IMG/VR virus record: IMGVR_UViG_3300002835_006866
Location: 1 to 64,000 of that record
Source of the DNA: a virus
Direction: 5' to 3' (one strand)
Length of the DNA stretch: 64,000 nucleotides
Notes under the pieces: model-generated
Seen by the model: the letters and a program-made list of their open reading frames with translations, nothing else
Told to the model about the DNA's origin: nothing
Database searches by the model: none
Position numbers and translations under genes: made by a program
Part shown: one piece after another, positions 1-9,230 of the stretch
Layout of the letters: every line of letters begins with the position of its first letter
Numbering within the stretch: position 1 is the stretch's first letter

Positions 1-2
1 GT

Positions 3-446
3 GGCGGTGCTGGCTCAGCGGGAACAGCAGCAGTCACTTCTCCTATTTGGACCGGAGGACCAGGAGGTTCTGGATTAGCCTATTCTATTACAGGCGTTTC
101 CACAACTTATGCTGGTGGTGGCGGAGGAGCTTATGACGCTAGAGGATCTGGAGTAGGAGGAACGGGTGGACCTGGCGGCGGAGGTAATGGAGTAGGAGGC
201 GATTCAATTGCTGCTGGTGATGGAACAGATGGTCTTGGAGGAGGTGGAGGAGGAAGTTACTTTGGTCCAGGACTAACTAATGGTAGAACAGGAAATGGTG
301 GAAACGGTGTTGTAATTATAGCCTATTCTGGATTGGCAGCTACAAATGTCTATGGAGCAAATTTAGTTTATACTTTAGATACAACAACGAGGGGTGGATT
401 TAATGTTTATAAATTTACTGCCGGTATTGGAACAATTACTTTTTAA
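3..446 (+). CDS. Glycine-rich tail fibre/virion protein, C-terminal part (5' truncated by window)
   Basis: Not in ORF track. Frame 3 is open from the window start to TAA at 444-446 and reads ...TYAGGGGG...DGLGGGGGG...GNGGNGVVIIAY...VYKFTAGIGTITF, a typical Gly-rich phage fibre domain. Confidence 0.75.
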   Translation, partial: GGAGSAGTAAVTSPIWTGGPGGSGLAYSITGVSTTYAGGGGGAYDARGSGVGGTGGPGGGGNGVGGDSIAAGDGTDGLGGGGGGSYFGPGLTNGRTGNGGNGVVIIAYSGLAATNVYGANLVYTLDTTTRGGFNVYKFTAGIGTITF

Positions 447-482
447 TTGAAATAAATATACGATCAGTTTTAGAGAAAAATA

Positions 483-959
483 ATGTCACTAAATTTCCCA
501 TCAAATCCAACGGCCAACGATATCTATTCCATAAGTGGAAAAAGCTGGGTCTATAACGGCTATGGATGGGAATTACAAGGTGTTACTTCTGTCGAATCGG
601 TTGCAGTTTCAACCTTTAATGGTACCGGTACAGGATCACAAGATACTTTCAATTTAGGTTTTAATCCTATATCAGCGCCATCTTTGTTTGTTACAATTGA
701 TGGTGTTGTTCAGCCCGAGTCTACTTACACGGTAAACACTTCGGCAAACACAATAACTTTTTCTACGAGCCCAGGATTAAATGAATCTGTTAGGGTTATG
801 ACTTTTTTTGCTAGAGTTAACCCTTATAACTTAGGAGACGGAACAATAACATTATCTAAATTTGATCCAGAGGTAAATGTTTATATACAAAATTATGTCA
901 ACACTCAAGTATCCGCAGCCGAAAGTTCTGCTCTTGCCCTTGCTATTGCTTTAGGATAA
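483..959 (+). CDS. Tail fibre/baseplate-associated structural protein
   Basis: N-terminal FPSNP..W.YNG..W motif, beta-rich VTIDGVVQP..YTV..TITF domain, C-terminal ALAIALG motif common in T4-like fibre proteins. Confidence 0.6.
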   Translation: MSLNFPSNPTANDIYSISGKSWVYNGYGWELQGVTSVESVAVSTFNGTGTGSQDTFNLGFNPISAPSLFVTIDGVVQPESTYTVNTSANTITFSTSPGLNESVRVMTFFARVNPYNLGDGTITLSKFDPEVNVYIQNYVNTQVSAAESSALALAIALG

Positions 960-962
960 AAA

Positions 963-1817
963 ATGACTACACAAAGAGTCGGCACAAATCGAATTGCTAA
1001 TAATTCTATAACCACAGAAAAGTTATGGGCTGAAATACCGAACAGAATAAATGCAGCCTTTGACGCTGCAAATAATGCTACAGACACGTATGTAAGAAAT
1101 CATGCTAACGCCGCCTTTGATGCAGCGAATACGAAGTTACCTTTATCTGGAGGCACCGTAACAGGTGATTTAAGTGTTTCTGGCAACTTAACGGTAACAG
1201 GAAACACTTTCACTTTAAATGTAGGAACTCTTGTATCAAATGATAGTGTGATTCTATTAGCGGCTGGTAATTACACAACAGACCTTTTGGATATTGGTGT
1301 CATTGCACATTATAATGCTGGCACCAATGCTCATACTGGATTTGTTCGAGATCATATAACAAAAGAATGGTATTTGTTTAAAGAATACGTTCCAGAAATT
1401 GGAGCCAATAATAATATTAATACAAATGATCCCTCTTTCAGATTAGATACGCTAAATGCAAATGTAAAATCAAATACTATTTCCTCAAATACTGTTACAT
1501 TTAGAACTGAATACGATAATGGTAATTCTGGAACAGCAATAACAATTAATTTTGGTGTCAATCAAAAACAAAAGCTTACACTCAATGCAAACACTACTTT
1601 GACCTTTACTGCTCCTCCAGGTGTAGGTAACTTTTTACTAAAGATCGTTCAAGATGGAACAGGAGGAAGATTAATTACTTGGCCAAATACAATTAGATGG
1701 ACTTTAAATGCTAGGCCTATTTTAACGTCTAATGCAAACGCTATTGACATAGTATCATTCTACTATGACGGAACAAACTATTTTGGTGTAACTAGTTTTA
1801 ATTTTGCGGCACCATAA
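963..1817 (+). CDS. Tail fibre protein
   Basis: AAFDAAN repeats, LPLSGGTVTGDLSVSGNLTVTG fibre motif, C-terminal QDGTGGR.ITWP..DIVSFYYDGTNY domain. Confidence 0.65.
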   Translation: MTTQRVGTNRIANNSITTEKLWAEIPNRINAAFDAANNATDTYVRNHANAAFDAANTKLPLSGGTVTGDLSVSGNLTVTGNTFTLNVGTLVSNDSVILLAAGNYTTDLLDIGVIAHYNAGTNAHTGFVRDHITKEWYLFKEYVPEIGANNNINTNDPSFRLDTLNANVKSNTISSNTVTFRTEYDNGNSGTAITINFGVNQKQKLTLNANTTLTFTAPPGVGNFLLKIVQDGTGGRLITWPNTIRWTLNARPILTSNANAIDIVSFYYDGTNYFGVTSFNFAAP

Positions 1818-2323
1818 TGTCAATTGTTGCTACACCATATACGTACACCACCAACGATGTACAAACTGAGAGTTGGGTATATAACTTTGCTGTTGGATCA
1901 CTAACAAGAACAAATACTGCAACTGTAGATACTGATATAAGAACAACAATAAATGTATTTAATAATGGCTTAGCAAATATCAATATCTCATCAGTAACAA
2001 CAATAACAAGATCAGGAACAGATCCTGGTGCTTTCACCTACACAGCGGCCCCCGTTTTAAGATTTAATTCTGGAGGTGTAGATTTTACTTACTACTCCAC
2101 ATCTGGTTCTGTAAGTGTTGGAGGAAATGCTACTGGAACAGTTTCATTTCTTTCGACATTTAATATACTTTTGCCTGGTAATTTTTTGAATAAATTATGG
2201 ACATCAAATCACTCTGTCACAGTAACAGAAACCAATACAGCTAGAGTTGATTCTGGGTTTTTGGTTAGTCCCGGTTTTCTAATACCATCTCACACTTCTA
2301 CATTTTTTGGATCTAATTTTTAA
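1817..2323 (+). CDS. Thr/Ser-rich beta-structured protein, probable fibre-associated virion protein
   Basis: TAATG-coupled to the fibre gene; very rich in T/S/G/N with few charged residues. Confidence 0.45.
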   Translation: MSIVATPYTYTTNDVQTESWVYNFAVGSLTRTNTATVDTDIRTTINVFNNGLANINISSVTTITRSGTDPGAFTYTAAPVLRFNSGGVDFTYYSTSGSVSVGGNATGTVSFLSTFNILLPGNFLNKLWTSNHSVTVTETNTARVDSGFLVSPGFLIPSHTSTFFGSNF

Positions 2324-3354
2324 TGAGTTATAGTGACAAGATTTTCATCTTTTATAATAAAAAAACTCTAGACATAATTTTCATACAAGAACCTTTAGGA
2401 ACTAATCTGACACCAGAAAAGTTTCTGGAAGAAAGATATGCTATTGAAAGTAAATGTAGAGGTTTTCCTTTTGAAGATTTTGGCGTAATTATTGGTGACA
2501 GAGAAAACTATCAAAAATTTTTAAAAGATATTAATTCTTATTTTTTAAGAATTGACAGTGAAAAGAATGAAGTTGAATATGTTTTAAAAAAAAGAGACAT
2601 TCTAAATCCAACTTACAATAGTCAAGATATAAAAAGACTATTTACTCCAGAACAAGTTGGAGAAATGTACCATGATGATTATGTAAATTTTAATTTAAAG
2701 AATTTCCTAAAAACAAATTACGCTGAGGCTGCATTTTTACCTTTAAATGAAATCAACATAAGCCTTCATATGTTGAATAAGAACTGGAAATATTTTTATA
2801 GTGACCAGTTTCTTTCCGATTCTCATGAGGATAAAAGAATTTTAGGCCAAAATATCTATCAAAATGGAACTTATTGGCCAATTATTTTATCTCCGTTATA
2901 CGGCCACGATTCAAATCATTCATATGTTTATGAAGGCACACATAGAATTATATCTCTGAAGTTAAATCAAAAAGAAGGGCTCATACCACCAGATTATAAA
3001 ATACTTTGTATAAAATATAAAGAGTGTTATGAGGTACTTTTAAACTCCAAAAGATTTATGCCCGTTTCTAACTCTTATAGAGCTAGAACTTTAATAGAAA
3101 TTCTTTATGGTAATAATGTAATCATTGATGAGGAAAAATATAATGCCTGTGTGCAAGATTGTTTGGCAAATAACGGTAAAGTAAAAAACGAATATACTCT
3201 AGAGTGGAATGTCAACACAACTGGAGAAAGTATCTTTGCCTTACAAACTTATCCACATTGGCTCAGAGATTTGATTTATCCAATTACAGATATAGTTAAA
3301 CCTAGTCCAATATTAAATGATGAAAAACTTTTTATGGAATGGTTGAATGAATAG
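2323..3354 (+). CDS. Hypothetical protein with ParB/sulfiredoxin-like domain
   Basis: G.YWPIILS...YVYEGTHRIISL resembles the ParB/Srx PI.v...y.i.dG.HR motif. Confidence 0.5.
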   Translation: MSYSDKIFIFYNKKTLDIIFIQEPLGTNLTPEKFLEERYAIESKCRGFPFEDFGVIIGDRENYQKFLKDINSYFLRIDSEKNEVEYVLKKRDILNPTYNSQDIKRLFTPEQVGEMYHDDYVNFNLKNFLKTNYAEAAFLPLNEINISLHMLNKNWKYFYSDQFLSDSHEDKRILGQNIYQNGTYWPIILSPLYGHDSNHSYVYEGTHRIISLKLNQKEGLIPPDYKILCIKYKECYEVLLNSKRFMPVSNSYRARTLIEILYGNNVIIDEEKYNACVQDCLANNGKVKNEYTLEWNVNTTGESIFALQTYPHWLRDLIYPITDIVKPSPILNDEKLFMEWLNE

Positions 3355-4366
3355 TTTAAGGCATATTAGACGAGTTGATATAGAACTACAATCTTTTTGT
3401 AATAGAACCTGTGATTGGTGTCCAAACAAAGAATATCTAAGAGACAAAAGTATTGTTTTAGAAGATGTCTATTACACAAAAATACTTTCCGAATTGAATC
3501 AATTTGAATTTGCTTTAGATAGAAAGTTTCCAATTATTACTACCAATTTGGACATGGTAGAGTTTAACGAAGATTTTTATAGAGATCAACCTACAATATC
3601 ATTTATGGGATTTCAAGAACCCATGGCTGATATTAAGTTATTGAAAAGAAGGGTTCTTGAAGCAAAAGAAACCTTGCCTCCTTACGTTGTTTTAAGTACA
3701 AACACAAATGGTGATTATTTCACAAAGAAAAATCTAGACGGTCTTTTTCTTACCGTTTTAAATGTAATGGATTATGATTGCAAAGGCAAAGACTACTGGA
3801 TTAAAACTTTAGAAGAAAATGACTGTATGGTTATTGACGATCCAGGCAAACAATACCAAGGAATATTAGCTATACACAAAAATATTAATTTAATTAAAGT
3901 TATGTATGATTGGCCAAAACAAATATTTTTGGAAAATAGAGGTGGCGTTTTAAGTAAAGAAGAACAATCACTAAAATTCATCAAGTGGAAAAATGATAGT
4001 AATAAAAGAATTGTTCCTTGTCCCGAGCCATCTTATTATATCAATATTACATTTGATGGTAGTGTTATGCCATGCTGCCATATCCGTTCTGATATACCCA
4101 TACATAAAGATTATATTTTAGGAAATGTAAAAGAAAATACACTGAAAGAAATATTGAATTCTCCAAAAGCGATAGAGTTCAGGCAGAGATTAACTGTTGA
4201 AAATGGAGATTATCCTGATCCATGTAAATATTGCCAAAAAATAAGGTCGAATGTTTGCACTGGTGCACCTAATGGCTTTAATTACATTGGCAAAAAATAC
4301 ATGGATAATAAAATAAATGAGAATGTGAGATTTATAAATGATTTCAGCCCAAGTCAACAGTCTTAA
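3347..4366 (+). CDS. Radical SAM protein with SPASM/twitch domain
   Basis: CNRTCDWC (CX3CX2C), TNG, C-terminal CPEP..VMPCC..GN..CKYC. Confidence 0.9.
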   Translation: MNSLRHIRRVDIELQSFCNRTCDWCPNKEYLRDKSIVLEDVYYTKILSELNQFEFALDRKFPIITTNLDMVEFNEDFYRDQPTISFMGFQEPMADIKLLKRRVLEAKETLPPYVVLSTNTNGDYFTKKNLDGLFLTVLNVMDYDCKGKDYWIKTLEENDCMVIDDPGKQYQGILAIHKNINLIKVMYDWPKQIFLENRGGVLSKEEQSLKFIKWKNDSNKRIVPCPEPSYYINITFDGSVMPCCHIRSDIPIHKDYILGNVKENTLKEILNSPKAIEFRQRLTVENGDYPDPCKYCQKIRSNVCTGAPNGFNYIGKKYMDNKINENVRFINDFSPSQQS

Positions 4367-5201
4367 ATTAGTAGAAATAGAAATCTATAACTACTGTAAT
4401 CGACGTTGCGATTTTTGTCCTAATTCTCTAGTAACATCAAGGCAAGATAAAAAAAATCCAACAATTATGGATTTTGAGTTGTTCAAAAAAACAATTGATG
4501 AATTGGTAGTTTTGAATTACAGTGGTGTAATTTCTTTTTCTAGATATAATGAACCACTTGCTTTCGATAAACTAACCAAAAAGTATGTTGATTATGTGAA
4601 ACAAAGAACAAAAAATAAAGTTGTTGCTAATACAAACGGCGACTTTTTGAATAAAAATAGTATTGAAATTTTTGATGAGTTGACAGTCATGGATTACTCT
4701 GGTAAGAGTCCTTATTGGTGGCAAAACAGAATGTCAAAACTGAATTGTAATTACATTCAAGAAAAAAGTAATGATGAGTTTTTATTTTTTAAAACACCGA
4801 ATAATAAAGATATACTACTTTTTCTAGACTTCAAAAAAAACGCCACAGTCGAAGATAGGGGTGGCATAATACAGACTTCGATAGTAAAGTTCAAGAATAA
4901 TAAAGACAAGAGACAAAGACCCTGTTTTGAGCCACAGAAGTTTTTAGGTATCGACTATAATGGACATGTTACAATTTGTTGCAATATGAATAGTGAGTTT
5001 CATTTGCAACATACAATAGGTAATACCTTCACCGAATCAATCTCTGATATATTAAGTTCTTCAAAAAGAAAAAAGTATATTGAAATTATGTCATCAGAAA
5101 ATTTTGAAAACTATCTTGATTCCTGTAAGTTTTGTCAAAAAGATCCAGGTAGATACACAAGAGATAATCCAGGAATATTTTATAATGGTGAACGCAAATG
5201 A
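4338..5201 (+). CDS. Radical SAM protein with SPASM/twitch domain (paralogue of upstream gene)
   Basis: CNRRCDFC, NEP, NTNGD, CFEP..VTICC..IGN..CKFC. Confidence 0.9.
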   Translation: MISAQVNSLKLVEIEIYNYCNRRCDFCPNSLVTSRQDKKNPTIMDFELFKKTIDELVVLNYSGVISFSRYNEPLAFDKLTKKYVDYVKQRTKNKVVANTNGDFLNKNSIEIFDELTVMDYSGKSPYWWQNRMSKLNCNYIQEKSNDEFLFFKTPNNKDILLFLDFKKNATVEDRGGIIQTSIVKFKNNKDKRQRPCFEPQKFLGIDYNGHVTICCNMNSEFHLQHTIGNTFTESISDILSSSKRKKYIEIMSSENFENYLDSCKFCQKDPGRYTRDNPGIFYNGERK

Positions 5202-5854
5202 AAAAAATAGGAGTTTTTATTCCGGGCCGTTTGAAGAGTGAAAGATTGCCAAACAAATTAGTTTTACCTTTAGGCGATTCAAATCTGTGGGATATGGCAT
5301 GTAAAAAGCTGAATGAATTGCCCGAAGAGTATAACAAATATGTTCTTTGTTATGATGAAGAATTGATTCACATAGCAAGTAAATATTCAAATCTTCAAAT
5401 TATTGTGAGAGATAAATCAACAACTGAAGTTGACGGACCACTCACATACATATTCAAAGAGCTGAAAGATTTATCAGATGAATATCTAATGTTTTTGAAT
5501 CCTTGTTTAAGTTTTTTAAACTTGGAAACAATTGTTAGTTCTCTGCAACAATTTGAAAGTTCCAATTTTGAATACGCCACTAGCGTAAAAGAATATAAAA
5601 ACTGGCTTTGGAATATGAATAAAGACAGTTTGACTCCTATTGATTATGAATCTTTATCAACAAAAAGCATTCCTGTTCACTATGAAGCTGCTCACTGTTT
5701 TCATATTTTTAATAGAAAAATTTTTTTTAAAACAGGCAAAATGTTAGATAAAAATTTACAACATATTTTAATATCAAATAACGAAGTCATTGATGTTGAT
5801 ACACATCAAGATTACCTATATGTAAAATGGAGGTATGAAGTTGTTTTCGAATAA
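5198..5854 (+). CDS. neuA: CMP-nonulosonate synthetase-like cytidylyltransferase
   Basis: IPGRLKSERLPNK N-terminal motif (IPAR.GSKR.P.KN family) and C-terminal IDVDT..D. Confidence 0.75.
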   Translation: MKKIGVFIPGRLKSERLPNKLVLPLGDSNLWDMACKKLNELPEEYNKYVLCYDEELIHIASKYSNLQIIVRDKSTTEVDGPLTYIFKELKDLSDEYLMFLNPCLSFLNLETIVSSLQQFESSNFEYATSVKEYKNWLWNMNKDSLTPIDYESLSTKSIPVHYEAAHCFHIFNRKIFFKTGKMLDKNLQHILISNNEVIDVDTHQDYLYVKWRYEVVFE

Positions 5855-6539
5855 AGATACAGTTTTACCTTTTTATGAAGGTAATCGAATTAACTTTGTA
5901 GATAATAATTTTTATGATGTTTTGCCAGAATTTTTTAAAGGCGACTCACCTTCTCCTTTTCGAAATATGGGACTGTTATATAAAGATATGATAGAGCCTT
6001 ATGTCGATGAGATTGTTGACTGTTTAAATGATCCTGAAAAAACAGAGGTAAAACAAACTCATAATGGTAATCCTGTTAGAGCTTTATTAAAAGATAAAAC
6101 AGTAGTAAAATATATTGTTGAATATTTTGAAAATCTGTTTAATGATAAAGTTAATGAGATTCAAGTAAATCGAAACTTTGTGACAGATGTTCCTAGTTAT
6201 CTTGATGTGGAAGAATGTAACAAAGATAATTATTGGATATCACAATATTGGCATATAGACAACTATCTACACAAAAACTTTTCTGTTGGAATTTATCTAA
6301 ACGATGTTGAAGATGGTGGCGGTCAGTTTGAATATTTAAATAATCCAGAATACTATTTTTATAATTCAAAAATAGGTAATTGGAAAACAAGTAGATTTAA
6401 TTTATTACAACCATCAGAAGATGAGATAACAAAAATTTTAGGCCCCAGATGTACAACTTTCTTTTTTATACCAAACTTTATACATCGAGGCACTTTTTCG
6501 AGAACAAAACAACGTGACTTTATAAGACTTTTATTTTGA
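5835..6539 (+). CDS. 2OG-Fe(II) dioxygenase (PhyH-like)
   Basis: WHID (HxD), IYLNDV..GG.F, distal HRG and R. Confidence 0.7.
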   Translation: MKLFSNKDTVLPFYEGNRINFVDNNFYDVLPEFFKGDSPSPFRNMGLLYKDMIEPYVDEIVDCLNDPEKTEVKQTHNGNPVRALLKDKTVVKYIVEYFENLFNDKVNEIQVNRNFVTDVPSYLDVEECNKDNYWISQYWHIDNYLHKNFSVGIYLNDVEDGGGQFEYLNNPEYYFYNSKIGNWKTSRFNLLQPSEDEITKILGPRCTTFFFIPNFIHRGTFSRTKQRDFIRLLF

Positions 6540-6540
6540 T

Positions 6541-7371
6541 ATGATAAAATTTATTGCAGAAATTGGAATCAATCACAATGGCAGTTTAGATACTGCCTTA
6601 GAACTGATACAAAAATCTAAGGATGCCGGAGTTGACTGTGTAAAGTTTCAAAAAAGAACTCCTGATATTTGTGTGCCTGAAGAACAGAAATCTAAGTTAA
6701 GAGATACTCCTTGGGGTAAGATAACTTATCTAGAATACAAAAAGAAAATTGAGTTCGAGAGAAAAGAATATGACTTTATCGATTCGTATTGTAAAAGAAT
6801 AGGCATACAGTGGACTGCCAGTGTTTGGGACATACCTAGCTTTCATTTTATAAACTCGTATAATGTTCCGTACATTAAAATTCCAAGTGCTTGTATAACT
6901 GACGATTCACTTTTGGTTGAGATGAATGAGAATAGTTCAAAACCCATAATGATATCAACAGGAATGAGTACAATTGGCCAAGTAAAAAGGTGTGTATCGA
7001 TTCTTGATTCTAAAGTTGATTCCATTCTTCTTTGCAACAGTTCCTATCCTTCAGACTATTCAGAAATAGATTTAAATGCTTTATCATTTTTGAGAGAACA
7101 GTTTCCTCATTTGACGGTTGGATACAGTGGTCATGAAATCGATCTCTTACCTTCGATTTTAGCCTGCGGAGCTGGTGCCAAAATTATAGAAAGGCACGTT
7201 ACTTTAGATAAAAACATGTGGGGAACCGATCATAAATCCAGCTTGGACATCTTACAGTTAAAAGAATTAGTCAGTATTGTTCGACAGTCTGAAGTAATCA
7301 TGGGTAAAAACTATCTGTTTGTTTATGAGAAAGAAAAAGAGATGGCAAAGAAACTCAGAAAAGAAACTTAA
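6541..7371 (+). CDS. neuB: N-acetylneuraminate/nonulosonate synthase family protein (short form, no SAF domain)
   Basis: FIAEIGINHNG, VKFQKR, KIPS, ISTGMS, C.SSYP, GYSGHE, IERHVTLD. Confidence 0.9.
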   Translation: MIKFIAEIGINHNGSLDTALELIQKSKDAGVDCVKFQKRTPDICVPEEQKSKLRDTPWGKITYLEYKKKIEFERKEYDFIDSYCKRIGIQWTASVWDIPSFHFINSYNVPYIKIPSACITDDSLLVEMNENSSKPIMISTGMSTIGQVKRCVSILDSKVDSILLCNSSYPSDYSEIDLNALSFLREQFPHLTVGYSGHEIDLLPSILACGAGAKIIERHVTLDKNMWGTDHKSSLDILQLKELVSIVRQSEVIMGKNYLFVYEKEKEMAKKLRKET

Positions 7372-7376
7372 AATAA

Positions 7377-7384
7377 GATAAATA
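7377..7384 (+). promoter_or_regulatory. T4-type late promoter variant GATAAATA upstream of gp13
   Basis: One mismatch to TATAAATA, just before the structural operon. Confidence 0.55.
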
Positions 7385-7391
7385 CACCACT

Positions 7392-8345
7392 ATGGCAAAA
7401 CCTACTAACAGAAAACAGTTCAAAGAATACTGCCTACGCCGCATTGGCTGGCCAGTTATTGATATCAACGTCGATGAAGATCAAATAGAAGATCGAATCG
7501 ATGACGCTTTGTCCTTCTGGAATGACTATCATTTTGATGGCACCGAGAAGATGTTTATGAAGCATCGTATTACGGCTGAAGATATTAATCGTCGTTGGAT
7601 TTATTGTCCAGACGCTGTTTTGTTTGTCACCGGTATTTTTCCTTTTGATGAATCGAACTCGTCGATTAATATGTTCGACCTTCGTTATCAACTAAGACTT
7701 CATGACTTGTATGATTTTACATCCGTTTCATATGTTTCGTATGAAATCACGATGCAACATATTCGCACTTTGAATCTTCTATTCTCTGGTACTCCACAGT
7801 TTAGATTTAATCGCCATCAAAATAAAGTATTTTTAGATATAGATTGGGATAGAGATGTTGACGTTGGTGATTATGTCATCGTCGAATGTTATCGTAAATT
7901 AATTCCAGACACAATCACTTTAACTGGCACAATGAGTGCCAATACCACATCGAATACTGTAACTGGAGTAGGAACAATATTCGATCAAGAGATATTGGAG
8001 AATGATATCATAGCCATTGGTGGTGAAGAAGTAACAGTTAAAAAAATTGTTTCTCCAACTGAAATAGAAACAAGAGGTCCTGTTACCTCAAATAAGTCTG
8101 GAGTTACCGCTACAAAAGAAGGATATAGTGATGTTTGGAATGACCGATTCTTAAAGATGTATGCTACTGCCAAGATCAAACAACAATGGGGAAGTAATCT
8201 TAAAAAGTTTGGCAACATTCAAATGCCAGGTGGAGTTGTATTAAATGGTCAACAAATATACGATGAGGCTTCAGCTGAACTAGCAAAAATAGAAGAAGAG
8301 ATGCAATCTTACAATGTGTTGCCAAACGATATGTACATGGGATGA
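7392..8345 (+). CDS. gp13: Neck protein gp13
   Basis: YCLRRIGWPVIDINVDEDQIEDRID, KQQWGSNLKKF..IQMPGGV; synteny with gp14/gp15. Confidence 0.92.
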   Translation: MAKPTNRKQFKEYCLRRIGWPVIDINVDEDQIEDRIDDALSFWNDYHFDGTEKMFMKHRITAEDINRRWIYCPDAVLFVTGIFPFDESNSSINMFDLRYQLRLHDLYDFTSVSYVSYEITMQHIRTLNLLFSGTPQFRFNRHQNKVFLDIDWDRDVDVGDYVIVECYRKLIPDTITLTGTMSANTTSNTVTGVGTIFDQEILENDIIAIGGEEVTVKKIVSPTEIETRGPVTSNKSGVTATKEGYSDVWNDRFLKMYATAKIKQQWGSNLKKFGNIQMPGGVVLNGQQIYDEASAELAKIEEEMQSYNVLPNDMYMG

Positions 8346-8348
8346 TGA

Positions 8349-9230
8349 ATGGCGACCAATGTATATTTCAATCATTTTCCAAAAAATGTAACCTCTGAGC
8401 AACTGCTCATAGAAGATTTAGTTATCGAAGCCATAAAAATTTATGGCATGGATGTTTATTACCTTCCTAGATCGAGTCGTGATGAGGTAGACTATTTGTT
8501 TGGTGAAGATCCAATCAAACAATACACTTCTGCATATCCAATTGAACTGTACTTAGAAAACGTCACCGGCATGGATGGCGAACAAGACTTTATATCTAAA
8601 TTCGGTTTGGAAATTCGTGATGAAATTGGCCTGTTAATGGCTCGCCGCAGATTTAAACAAGTGGTGCCAATGACGAGGCCACTAGAAGGCGATCTAATTT
8701 ATGTTCCTTTGGTAACTAGTTTTTTTGAAATAATGCATGTTGAGCATGAAAATGACCAGGCTATGTTCTTCACATTAGGCCGTGGTCGTGCCGCTAATGT
8801 ATATGTTTATGCTTTAAAACTCAAACAATATGTATTCTCAAATGAGATTGTGAACACTGGCGTAAAAGAGATTGACGACAATATAAGAAATTATTATCCA
8901 AAAACCAGAATATCTTTAACATCCGGATCTGGAAAATTTGTTAATGATGAGATTGTTTATCAGGGAACAAGTCTATCTTCCGCAGCTGCACAAGCAATTG
9001 TTTTTGATTTTGTTCCCAATTCTCACATCGATATAATTCGAGTTCAAGGCTCCTTTACTTCTGGTAATGTAAAAGGAAATACCAGTTCTGCTCAATGGAT
9101 TATTAATACCATCTCAGACACTTCAACAATGAATACGGCATTTGAAGATATTATTGACAATGCTCGAATAGAATCTGAAGCGGATGGTATTATGGATTGG
9201 ACAGAAACTAACCCATTTGGTGGTGATTAA
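8349..9230 (+). CDS. gp14: Neck protein gp14
   Basis: EQLLIEDLVIEAIKIYGMDVYYLPR, SKFGLEIRDE, P.EGDLIY, C-terminal ETNPFG. Confidence 0.92.
   Translation: MATNVYFNHFPKNVTSEQLLIEDLVIEAIKIYGMDVYYLPRSSRDEVDYLFGEDPIKQYTSAYPIELYLENVTGMDGEQDFISKFGLEIRDEIGLLMARRRFKQVVPMTRPLEGDLIYVPLVTSFFEIMHVEHENDQAMFFTLGRGRAANVYVYALKLKQYVFSNEIVNTGVKEIDDNIRNYYPKTRISLTSGSGKFVNDEIVYQGTSLSSAAAQAIVFDFVPNSHIDIIRVQGSFTSGNVKGNTSSAQWIINTISDTSTMNTAFEDIIDNARIESEADGIMDWTETNPFGGD

Noticed and set aside
1-320. GGN-rich low-complexity stretch as a tandem repeat or array
   Set aside because: Explained by glycine codons of a Gly-rich fibre domain; no fixed repeat unit or spacers
1048-1131. Duplicated NAAFDAAN segment
   Set aside because: Short protein-level fibre repeat with diverged codons; not a DNA element
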